64,000 bases of DNA from the NCBI RefSeq assembly GCF_001194135.2, contig NC_068981.1, positions 107,335,878 through 107,399,877 of the forward strand. Direction: 5' to 3'. The translations under genes and the position numbers were made by a program. Source of the DNA: Octopus bimaculoides (taxonomy: Eukaryota). Below, piece after piece: positions 29,326 through 40,957 of the stretch; positions within the stretch are counted from its first letter, which is position 1; every line of letters starts with the position of its first letter. The notes beneath the pieces were generated by a model that was given only the letters and a program-made list of their open reading frames with translations, was not told where the DNA came from and did no database searches.

Positions 29326-29339
29326 AGTAAGTCTAGATA
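29326..29339 (-). CDS. Candidate 14-nt microexon (phase 0-2): YLDL(L)
   Basis: Acceptor gaatttctttgcag and donor gtatgt; supplies exactly the phase change needed to join 30506-30583 to 25813-25908. It could be a chance match. Confidence 0.3.
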
Positions 29340-30505
29340 CTGCAAAGAAATTCATCTGGATGTGCTACCATTCCTGCTAATTAGTCTAATCATGAAGTAA
29401 AGTAGTGTGGTCAGGTAATACTACAGCACACACCTTAAAAGTTAAAATGAGTGCTTTTATAAAATTATCCTCCAGACCCTTTGCTTTTCTTCCTACATTC
29501 TAAATATGCAACAAAATTCTTGAAAATTCACAATGATTATGAAGTTAATTTTTGTTTTAGCTGAAGAACTATAAGCTTGTGCCTCTTCCTTGTATTGTGC
29601 CCTGGGGAAAACAATGTAAAATTAATTCTATATTATATATGACAATTTAATGCTGGCATCTGATTTTTACGTTGGGGCCAGTTTGAATCAGAATATTTTA
29701 AAAGTTGATCATGATACTTTTTGAAATGATAAAAGGAGGAAACAATGATAAATAGAAAATATAGGGATATTAATTTTTGAAAATATACATATACTTGCTT
29801 TTAGTTACAGAGAAGCCACTAAATTATGATAACTATTACCACCACCAAAAATGATCACACCCAGTCAAATATGCACAATTTCATATTTGAATAATAATCC
29901 TGAAAGCAATTCCACCATGCCATTATCATTTTATAAATCAATTAGAATAATCATCTTTATTTTCTAGCAAACCAAACAAAGAATACAACTAACATATAGT
30001 AAGGGAGTATATGTTCATTTTTCTCAAATAATGAATAAATGTATACAATTAACAATCTCAGATTTAATGGTGAACAATATCTTCATATAAATATACATCA
30101 ATATGTATACACAGGTAATTTTATTTGAGTTTAAATCTCAGCTAAATTTTTTTTCCTTTCATTTGTTTGTCAAAAAGTAAAACTGATATATATTTACATT
30201 CAAAATAATTTATCTGAAATATTTTTTTATTTTTATATATTTGAGAAAAGTTTACATCATCAGAGCCTCCTATAGTAGTGTATTCCCAGTTTTGTGATAT
30301 ATATGAAAGAAACAGTATTTACTATAACATTTCTAAAGAAGTTAATGATTCTTATAGAGAGAAGACATGCCAATGTTGTTTTTAGCAGAAGATAATGAAA
30401 AAGAAACCATTAACATTTCTTTAAAAGAAAACAGTGGGTATTTGCAGCAGTAGAAGCAACCCTAAACTTATAAATTTTGTCAGCTATATAAGTATTAAGT
30501 GTTAC

Positions 30506-30583
30506 CGAACGGTCTAATCCAAGAGACCAATGAAAGTAGTAAGATGCTGTTCCTGGAGGACCACCCATATGTTTCAAAAACTC
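30506..30583 (-). CDS. Candidate exon A (78 nt, phase 0-0): EFLKHMGGPPGTASYYFHWSLGLDRS
   Basis: Acceptor tattacctacag, donor TCG|gtaaca; open, GC-rich island in AT-rich intron. Belongs either to the intronic transcript or to alpha2delta as an alternative exon. Confidence 0.55.
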
Positions 30584-32789
30584 CTGTAGGTAATATAGAT
30601 GCAACAAAATATTTTTATAAAAATGTTAACAAAAATTTTCATAAAGTGAAAGTCTAACAAAAATCCACAGGAAAGAAAAACCTGAGAAAAATCTGGATAG
30701 AATGGAATATTATAAAATTAGGTTAAATAAAAAAAAATATTAAAGTATAAATAACAATACATTTCTGATATGCACCTGGTTTGATATTGACTGAAAGAAA
30801 AGTTTTAAATATTTATAGACAAAATTTATAAAAAATGTATTTTTAAAATAACAATTACAACATGATTTTTCATTTAAAACCAATCTGTGAGATCCATAAC
30901 AGGAAGGATTGGGGTGATAATTGGTGCAGGTGAGAAATAAATGAAATAAGCTGGGTAACTAGCATAATATGTGAAAAAGAATATATAACAAAAGTGCTTG
31001 AAAATTTGGTTTAAGAGAAACTGCTTTAGCCTGATGTAATTATATATACTTGAATAGTAATTTTGAGAAATATATTGAAGTTGATATAACTAATTAAAGA
31101 TTGGAATATTCTTTTCAAATACATTACTGATATGCCTGTTCTATGTTAGAAAACAAAACTGATTAATAAGTTTTAGATTTTGTTTTAATACTTGAAAAAC
31201 TAAAGATAATTTTAAACACGAATAAACATAATAGCATTAATTTTTATATGTATAAACATTTTCATTTCCTAAACAGGAAAAAATTTCAGTGTCATGTCTA
31301 AATTTCAGAAATCCTGAAACAAATTCTGTCTATAAGGGTAATTTAATCGTATCTAAATTATTATGTAGATTTAACTAAACAATTCTTTTTAAATTAAGGA
31401 AAATAGATTTTTTTTAAATATGTATTTTTTAAAAATATGTATGTAATAAAAGTCGTAATTTTTTCTATTGTTTTCATTTTCTAAACTATTTTAAAAGCAT
31501 TAATCATGTACCTATTTCATCAGAAGCCATAGATGTACATCAGTAGTTCCCAAATATATTTTACAATATAGAACAAATGAAAATATTTTGGCATACATAG
31601 TGCATAAAGTCAATGTAGTAAAACAGGATTTTTATTTTAGTCTAGTTTGAACTACAGAAAATGAATAAATATGAATTTTATTCAATAAATAAAACAGAGT
31701 CTTCATGATTCATCATGATTTTTAGATTGAGAATTTAGTTTGTATTTTCATATTTTAAAAATATAATTCCATTATTTTTGTAATGCATTTAACTACATTT
31801 CAAGACACAATAGTATGCCACAACACATTCATGAGAAACCTCTGATATACATTACTTTATCATTTTTTTTTTACGTTTTGTTATAAGCATGCAAGAAAAA
31901 CTAAACTTCTTAAACATAAGATGGTTCACTGAACTGCTAAATATGGAAATAACAAGATGTTTGTGCACTCAACTTATGGGAATATATTCCATCCAATGGG
32001 ATTGTTACAATTGTAGTTTCCAGAAGTTTGTTCCATTATAATCTTATATTACGGATGTTAAATGATAATATGCTGATTATATTATGTATTTTCTATCTAT
32101 CTATCTAAGGAAAATAGAATGCACACACACACACATATACTGTCTATTTTGGCATGGTTTCAATAGCTGGATGCACTTCCTAATGCCAACCACTTTACAG
32201 AGTGTACTGCGTACTTTTAAGGTGGCATTGGCACAGGCACTTTTATGTGACACTGGTATATATTATCAAAGGAAAATAGATAATACACCCACACACATGT
32301 ATGTATAGCAAGCTATGACAGTTCTTTTGGTCGCTACTATCAGGCACCAAACATGTGATCTAATGAGGGTTTGAAGTGAATAGTAACCACTCTCTTGACT
32401 TGAACTGTAATATATTTTACAATTTTACAAGCAGTTTACAATTCCAAAAGTGCAATTCCAGGCTTGATACACTTTTTCCCTTGTTAAAACTAATGCTTTA
32501 TAAACAATAGTTCAAATATTACTTCCTAGTTACCAGCATAGCTTTCATCCTGTTTAAACTGGTCGTGCTAAGGTAATTTTCATTTGGTACAAACAGCAAG
32601 GTATTATCATTGTTTTCACAAATATTGGCCAGATAATCAATGAAAACTCAGAATAGGAGTAGGTCAAGTAGAGCCATATGGAACTGATGCAAATAAGATA
32701 ATAACATGGCTGATGTAACAGTCTATACCAAAGAAGATAGAGACTCAATATGAAAATTGAAACCAGCTTAGGAATAAAAAAAAAAAAAA

Positions 32790-34660
32790 GACATCACCAT
32801 TTAATGTCTGTTTTCCATGCTGGCATGGGCTGGACTGTTTGACAAGAACTGACCAGCTGGGGAACTTCCAATTGTCTATATCAGCATGGTTTCTATTGCT
32901 GGATGCCCTTCCTAAATCAACCACTTCAGAGTATACTCGGTTGTTTTTTATGTGACACCGGCACAGCTGCTCTTTATGTGGCACTAACTTGGATGCTTTG
33001 TATGTGACACCAGCATGGGTACTTCGTATGTGACACTGGCACAGGTGCTTCGTATGTGACACTGGTACGGGTGCTTCATATGTGACACTGGCACAGGTGC
33101 TTTGTATGTGACACCAGCATGGGTGCTCCTTACATGACATTGGCACGAGTGCTTCATATGTGACACCAAAACGGGTGCTGCTTACATGACACTGGTATGG
33201 GTTCTTTTTACATGATACCAGCATGATGGCTTTTTTATGCCGCCATCACAAGGGCTTTTTATGTAACATTGGCATGAAGGCTTTTTATATGGCACTGGTA
33301 CAAGGGCTTTTACGTGACGCTGGCACAAGTGCTATTAATGTGACACCAGCACCCGCAAGCCCTCAAGAGAAGGACTTTTTGGCTGAGAGAGGGATGTAGA
33401 GGATATGCCTGCATGTATGGATGGTCATAGTTTACTTAGCTTTATAGGTCTTCTCAAGCAAAGCAAACTGCAAGAAGTCTTATTCCCTTGTCATCTCTGT
33501 GAGGCCCAAAGTCTGAAGATCCTTCCTCACTACTTCATACCCCATCTTTCTGGTTCTACTCCTTCCATACATTCCTTTCACAATTAAAGATCAGCATTTC
33601 TTATGCAGCTGTCCTTAGCTAACTGATTCTCCTGAAGTTGCCTTATCAGGAAGAAAGCATCAGTAGTGCTTCTCTCTGGCACAAAACCAAACTGCATCTC
33701 ATTCAAGCTCATGCTCTTCCTGATTAGTTGAGCTATAATCCTCATTGTAACTTTCATCACCTGGTCCAACAATTCGATACCTCTGTAATTATTTCTGTCT
33801 AAGGTGTCACCTTTACCTTTGTAGCAGTTGACTATAATGCCACTACACCAGTTATGGGGCATGATTCCCTCATGGATAACCTAATTATCTGTATGGGTGA
33901 ATAGGATCCCACTCCACTAGATATTTTACACATCTTAGTGGCAATTCCTGAAGGACCAGGGGCTTTCCCTGCCTTCATTGCTTTATCTACCAAGCTACTG
34001 TCAATTCGGATAGCTGGTCTCTCTTTCGGATCCACATTAGGCAGATTCTCCTTTTCTCATGCATTCTCTACCTTTAGCAGCCTTGCCTAGTGGCATGTCC
34101 AAGCCCCTTTCTTTGCAGAAACACTAACTGTAAGTGTACCATCACTCATGCAAACACACTTCTCATACTGCCATTGACTAGAATGGTTGGTCCCTTTGCT
34201 AGGCTCACATTTGGAAGGCTTTCTTTCTCCCAAGTATTCCATGTTTAGAAGCCTTTCTTGTCTCTTTTCCAAATTACAAAGTACAAATGTACCATAGTCC
34301 ATTTGTATACACTTTTCTCTTTCACAACGTCTCAATTTTCTCTCACACATTGTCTTGCAATCCAAAACACCTTAAGCCACTGGTCCTCATGTCACAGAAC
34401 ATTGGCAAACTTCTTCCTTTCTGCTTCTCCCCTCGCTAAATATGCTGGTCTCCTAGCTTCCCTTCTAGCTACCTAATACAGTTCTTACTATTACCACTTT
34501 TCCAGTCCTTCCAGGCCCTTTTCTTCACTCTAATGGCCCTGTTCGATCTCATGTTAGAGGGAACTTTGCACCAGCTATAAATTTGGTAAGTGACCCTCAT
34601 TAACTTATCCTGTAGAAACCTCCAGTTGTCCTCTATGTTATATGTTTTTCTCACTCAAAC
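32790..34660 (-). mobile_element. Internally deleted RTE LINE fragment
   Basis: Minus-strand ORF pieces KAGKAPGPSG, NYRGIELLDQVMKV, QFGFVPERSTTDAFFLIRQLQE from the same family as 9745-12316. The 3' UTR and tail lie at about 32790-33400. Confidence 0.85.
32949..33360. repeat. About 16 tandem degenerate ~26-bp units (TATGTGACACTGGCACAGGTGCTT..) in the RTE 3' UTR
   Basis: Directly visible periodicity; units diverge toward 33360. Confidence 0.85.
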
Positions 34661-34819
34661 TGTGATGACCCCAAACTTATTGGAGTCATATCCCTTGAAA
34701 ATACATAAATATGTGTGTGTGTATCATTTAATATATACAGTATTTGAATGAGCTACTATTAGTTTCATGCTGTAAAAACATAAACTGGCAAGCTTAAATA
34801 TTAACAAAACAGTAAATTA

Positions 34820-34825
34820 TATATA

Positions 34826-34883
<58 letters not shown>

Positions 34884-34893
34884 NNNNNNNNNN

Positions 34894-34935
<42 letters not shown>

Positions 34936-34963
34936 TAGATAGATATATAGATAGATAGATAGG

Positions 34964-35001
<38 letters not shown>
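34820..35001. repeat. Compound microsatellite (TA)n-[N10]-(GA)n-(GATA)n
   Basis: Directly visible. Similar TA/CA/TG tracts lie at 13478-13608, 16270-16345, 19985-20018, 27026-27066, 36462-36570, 47990-48090, 50692-50728 and 63750-63810, with (TAT)n at 55086-55122. Confidence 0.95.
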
Positions 35002-35539
35002 TATTCTTCACCTGTTGCAGTACCCCCACTAGACTTGCCTAATGAGGAGAATTGCTAGAAACCCAGCAAGGCAAAAACAAAACCTGTGAAAAGGATGGAT
35101 GAACCTAGTATAGGTTCAACAATTATTGGCACTGAATTTCTTGCCCTGGCTTGTCTCTGGATAATATTAGTAGGGTTGAGAAGGTCTGTGATGTACATTG
35201 CAAGCCTTATTGGACTTAAAATTTTAGGCTTTGCAATCACTGGTGAAGCAGCTTTCTGATGCCTGGTCAAGTAGGAGGGCACCATAGCAAGCATGGAAGC
35301 CACAGGCATGAACCCAAATGAAGCTCACTGTGGGTGCAATAACTTCATGCACAGGCAATGCTGGCATTTTGCAAGGGCAATGGTCAGTGATGGTTTTCCT
35401 CAGTCATGAGTGGATAGCCATCATCATCATTATATGAATATATATATATCATCATTATCATCACTTAATGTCTGTTTTCCTTATTTATATATATACATAC
35501 ATACATACATACATACACACATATGTGTGTATACATATA

Positions 35540-36428
35540 TATGTGAGGTGGTATCAAAAGGTTCCCAGACTAGTTATGTTTAATGGAAAATAACTTATTT
35601 ACCTAAGTTTTAACATCACTTCCTTCAAAATAGTCACCTTGCACAGCAATACACTGGTCCCAGCATTCCTGCCACTTTTGGAATCTGGCCTGGAAATCAT
35701 TTTCCATAAGCAAGTCAAGGACCTTTTGCAATTCACTTTTGATCTCAACAATGGTGTTAAAACAGTGACCTTTGAACGGCATTTTCATCTTGGGGAAGTC
35801 CACAGGTGCTAAATCTGGCAAATAACATGGGTACAGAGGTGATACCATGTTTTTGATGAGAAACTCACAAGCAAGGAGAGTTTGATGACAAGGTGCATTG
35901 TCATTGTGAAAAACCCATTTCTTTGTGCTCCACAGATCTGATTACTTTTGTCAAATGTCCTCCCTTAAATGCTTCAAAATGTCATCAATTGTCCTCCAAC
36001 AATCCCAAGATGATGAATTTTCTCCACATCTTAATGAGGTGGTGTGTGACACTCATGGCAAGTCTTCCAGATTGTTTGCCAAGTGGTTCTTCTGCTTTTG
36101 AAGTATCCATTTACTCTAAACATTACATACAACCCATTGCCTAGTTGCCGTAAGCTTGCCAAAGCATGCTTAATGTCTTTGTAGCAGACTACCCAAGTTT
36201 AACATAAAATTTCACATTGGCTCTTTGCTCCAACTTCCTGTCCATGACAAACATTGTAGACTACAGCATACACATGATCACAAAATACGAATTTCACAAC
36301 AGTAATGTTACTCGGCACACTGTCTCACAAAGGTCACAGCTAGCTCTCACTGCACACACAACCATGTGCTACCATCTGTTGGCATGCTACAGAACTAGTA
36401 TGGTAACTTTTTTATACTACCTTTTATA
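35540..36428 (-). mobile_element. Decayed mariner element with TIRs
   Basis: Ends aggtggtatcaaaaggttcccagactagtt versus reverse complement aggtagtataaaaaagttaccatactagtt. Minus-strand transposase C-terminus PCYLPDLAPVDF..KG..F..I.EIK...FQKWQECWDQCIAVQGDYFEG resembles the YSPDLAP motif region. Confidence 0.85.
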
Positions 36429-36487
36429 TGTTTCAGCCCTAAGGCTGTGGCCATGCTGGGGCAATATATATATACATACATATATAT

Positions 36488-36573
<86 letters not shown>

Positions 36574-37919
36574 GTAGAAGAAATAAATTCAAGGAAAGCA
36601 GGTATGAGAGAAAGAACACCACAAAGACTGAAAACAAACTGAAGGAGGACAGAATAGATCTTGACGCAGAAAGCAAGAGAAAGACAAGAAACAGACAATT
36701 GGGGATTATAATTTTTTTTACCATTACCTTGTGGGATAGGTTTCTTTTGCAGTGCATTTATAATTAGTTGATTGAATGTTTTCTACTGCAATGTCAATAT
36801 GACTGGTTGGCATTGTTGAATTTTGAAAATCTTGATTCTGTCTCTTGGACTTCATACCATTGAGCATTTGTAAAGTTTGTTAAAATGTTTTTGCTTACTT
36901 CATTGTTGTGCAAGTTAGTATGCAAGTTAGTATGGTGGTCCAGAGAAAGTTGCAGAATTGTTTGCCAAGTGGTTATGGTAGCTTGACTCGGGGGTTGAGA
37001 AAGTGCTCTAGGAAGAATTGTCATGCAGAGGCTTGACAAGTAACAATTATCTGGTTCACATCATGTGGCCATTTGCTGTATAATATAATTGTGTATGTGT
37101 GTGTGTGTGTATGTGTGTACATATATAATATTTTGCATGAAAGTTATATGAATTTGTTCATAAGCTTGCTTATGTATATTATGTGTATATAGCATCAACA
37201 CTGACAAGGTATCCACCCAAGAGTGATGAAGAACATTCAGCACATACCTTATTATAATAGATTATAGCAGAACTATGGCTTGATTAGTAGAGCTCTGAAA
37301 GTTTTTCTTTCTTTCTTTCGTTCTCTCTCTCTCTCACACACACATGTGACTGAGGAAGGGAATTGGAGAGAAAGAAGAGAAAGATCAATGAGATCAAAGA
37401 GCAATGACATCAGAAGACATGAATGGGTGGGAGGAACAAAAGTATTATGGAATGAGGGTAAGGATATGTATAGGTGGTGAGGAAAAGGGGAGTTGTAAGC
37501 AAAAGCAGGTGAACAAAAGTAGAGATTCTGATGAGATAAAGTTGAGAGTAGATGAAGGGTCGCATTAGAGGTGGTTCAGAAGAAAAAGAACACTGGCTGG
37601 CAGCACAGCATGGTAAGTTAGAATATACTGAATGGGAGAGATGAGGGTGACTTAATGTCATCTCCTATGTATAGTTCTGCAGAAGGGCAAGTGGATAGTG
37701 TGATAAGGGTAGATCAATCAGTACAGGTAAGAGGATTGAAATTTACCTGGTGGAATTTTCCGTAGTGGAATTTACCTAGAACTGTTAGAGACATAGATGA
37801 AAAGTGCATTAAAAAATAGGTAGATGAAAGGATGGATCAAAAATGAGGTAGGTTTAGCAGGGTTTAAATATTAAAACCTCTAAACACTACAGTTGAATTA
37901 GAGTATGTGTGGTTGTGAG

Positions 37920-38170
37920 GAGAATGGTTCAACTGCAGCACTATGTATCACCAATCGATACAGCTCTTTGACATATCTATGAAATACATCTTTCAGTTAG
38001 CCTTCAATTTATCCCATGTTTGCTTGGACTCCCTTTTCCAGGTCTTCCACTCAGTACTTATGCAGCAGTATTCCTCCATGCACATCACACACCCATACCA
38101 ACATAACCTTCTCTCTTGTACACAACACCCAGTTTCTTTTTCAGTTCATTCGCACTCTGGTGTTCATGGA
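37920..38170 (-). mobile_element. Degenerate RTE C-terminal remnant
   Basis: Reverse complement resembles the 11340-11560 region (gtgcaagagag...tggtatgggt.tgtg; gaagacctgg). Confidence 0.5.
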
Positions 38171-38399
38171 CACTAATATTACATGCATACAAAGATGCAT
38201 GCACATGCACTTATATACATATATACTCATAAATATATATGCACATATATACACACACACACATTTAAAAATACTTACACATACATATACACTACACAAA
38301 CATATAAATAAATGCACTTATATACAACTCACACACATGCATATGTACACACTTAAACACACATATACATATGTACACATATAAACACACACATGTGCG

Positions 38400-38790
38400 A
38401 AGGCGCATGGCTCAGTGGTTAGAGCATTGAGCTTACGATCGTGAGGTTGTGAGTTCGAATCCCGGACCGGGCTGCATGTTGTGTTCTTGAGCAAGACACT
38501 TTANNNNNNNNNNTCCCGGACCGGGCTGCATGTTGTGTTCTTGAGCAAGACACTTTATTTCACATTGCTCCAGTTCACTCAGCTGTAGAAATGAGTTGCG
38601 ACGTCACATGTGCCAAGATGTATCGGCCTTTGTCTTTCTCTTGGATAACACTGGTGGCATGGAGAGGGGAGGCCATCATGCATGGGCGACTGCTGGTCTT
38701 TCATAAACAACCTTGCCCAGACTTGTGCCTGGGTGGTAACTTTCTAGGTGCAATCCCATGGTCAGTCATGACCTAAGGGGGTCTCATCAA
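38400..38790 (+). mobile_element. tRNA-derived SINE
   Basis: Box A (tggctcagtggtt) and box B (gttcgaatccc), followed by gtgttcttgagcaagacacttta core; interrupted by a 10-N gap. Confidence 0.8.
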
Positions 38791-39580
38791 TCACACACAC
38801 ATACATATGTACACATATAAACACACACATATATTCATACAGTGTATATATATTATACATACACACTCACACAGACACAATGTGCATACATACATGCACC
38901 CATCTACACACACACATACATAAACTGGACACATCAAATGATTGAGCTCTGTAGGGCCTTTTGCTACTAACAAATGTATGCATTCTACATAACTGATTTC
39001 TTATTTGAACTATGATCTTCCAAGATCATATATATAGACACAAACTCACACACGTGTGTGTGTGTGTGTGTGAACTGGTGTGTTATGTCCCCTTATTTTA
39101 GCAATGTAGCGTAGTTGTTGAATGTGTACTTAAATTTATAACATTGTCAAAATCCCTCTAAGTTGGTACCATAGCACAGCTGCAGCTGAATGACTGTAGC
39201 TATCTTAAGAATATAAGAAATACGCACAAATTGTTTTATGTTCAGGCTAAAATCAGATACACTTGACATCAATAAAAACAGTCTCACAGAATGCAGAAAG
39301 TAGAGAAAAACAGCAGGAAATGCACTAACAGTAAGGGAAACAACATATGGTAAAGATATGAAAATAATTGCACAAGAAAAAAAAAAAAGATTTTAATATA
39401 AGCAAGCAACAGTTTGCATGAAATAAATAAACACAAGAAAGTAAAAGAGAGTAAAGAAACTAGAGCACAAGGCACACAAGCAGTAAGAAAAGAAAAAAGA
39501 TCATGTGACATAACACTGTGTTGATAACTAATTAATATAGGAATATAAGTTGTAGAAGGAAGAGGTAATAGCCAGCTTAC

Positions 39581-39664
39581 ATGGCTATCCTGGTACACCC
39601 CAGCCCACTTGATGTATTCAGAATGATTAAGGGCCAAAGGTCGAGCTAGAACTCCTATATAGTG
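39581..39664 (-). CDS. CACNA2D: alpha2delta exon (84 nt, phase 0-0): HYIGVLARPLALNHSEYIKWAGVYQDSH
   Basis: Acceptor tttattccag, donor gtaagc; matches Y..VL.RP......W..VY.D. Confidence 0.92.
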
Positions 39665-40794
39665 CTGGAATAAATAACATAGCAAGCATAGCTTAAGTCA
39701 CACAGTTTACAGCAGTACCAACATATTTTACACATGGATTGCAACCAAAATAAAACAATAAAAAATTTCCAAAACTTATAGTTATTACTTTTCTTTTGTA
39801 TTTAGTAATAAATGTAGTCATTTATATAAATATTTTCTATAAAATATGCATTGATTCTTACTTTGCATATAATTATTAATACAAAAATTAAATTTTGTTT
39901 GTGAAATTCCTTTCAAATAGCTTTCGTCATCATTAATCAATAGCCTTTTATTGCTGGTTGAAATATACCCCAAAATTACATTACAAAACAAAACAGGCAT
40001 TATATAGATATATGTAAATCAATATGTATGAATATATATGTAAATTAATATGTATGAATATATCCATGTATATAAATATATTTATTTATATATATTATTT
40101 GTAGGATTCATTAGGGTTATTATATATATGTGCGTGCATTCCTAATGTATTTTTTAACATTATTATTACAGTTGTTATTATCGTTGTTACTATAACTATT
40201 AGTAGTATTTTGAACTGATTGAACCCCAAGCAAAATTTAGTTACATTCCATTAGAATCTGATTTCAAATTCTATGAACGATGACTTTAGATTTCCTCCTT
40301 CTAAAGTGAAAAAAAAATAAATACAAGTACTAGCACCAAATAAATGCTCATAATTATCAAAAGTAATGTAAGTTAATATTAGTATTAGTAGTGCTGGGAA
40401 TAATGGCAATTGTTAATTAGCATGGACATGAATAAATAGCAATAATACTATTATCAGTAGTAATGTTATTAACTGAACTAATTAATAGTTTCTTTTTTAT
40501 AAATTTTCTAAAACAATATGTGTTGACCTATACCAAATGTGTTTTAGAATTAAACTCTTTAAACAGGAGGTGTATTTAATTTTCACACAAATGATGGATT
40601 TTTTTACGTAAACTATCTGGTAGAAAATGGAAATTCTAAGAGAGGTACCATTTTATGTTGGGTGTAAAAACATGAATTGACAAATATATGGTGATATCTT
40701 AAATAAGGATGATGGAATGGAGCTTATGTTTTACAAAGCAAATTTTACATATCACCAATGAAGGAAGGGTGTGCTGAAAAATTATTCTAGTATA

Positions 40795-40957
40795 ATCATC
40801 ATCATCATCGTTTAACGTCCGCTTTCCATGCTAGCATGGGTTGGACGATTTGACTGAGGACTGGTGAAACCGGATGGCAACACCAGGCTCCAATCTAATT
40901 TGGCTGAGTTTCTACAGCTGGATGCCCTTCCTAACGCCAACCACTCAGAGAGTGTAT
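40795..40957 (-). mobile_element. RTE 3'-tail fragment, reverse orientation
   Basis: catcatcatcgtttaacgtccgctttccatgctagcatgggttggacgatttgactgaggactgg, the reverse complement of the 24848-25037 tail. Confidence 0.85.

Noticed and set aside
32949-33360. CRISPR-like regular repeats
   Set aside because: The units are contiguous degenerate tandem copies with no unique spacers and no cas genes, in a eukaryotic retroelement UTR.
35055-35309. 84-aa minus-strand ORF in a GC-rich block
   Set aside because: The plus strand ends in a (CAT)n tail at ~35420, suggesting a LINE 3' remnant; no suitable splice sites or homology.
36217-36767. Several overlapping 90-140 aa ORFs
   Set aside because: They are generated by TA/TG microsatellites (YIYI, VCVC, THTH).
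38400-38475. Possible tRNA gene
   Set aside because: Box A/B are present but there is no complete cloverleaf or acceptor stem; it continues into a SINE body.
38460-38557. 44-bp direct duplication inside a SINE
   Set aside because: The two identical copies abut a 10-N gap, typical of unmerged overlapping contig ends.
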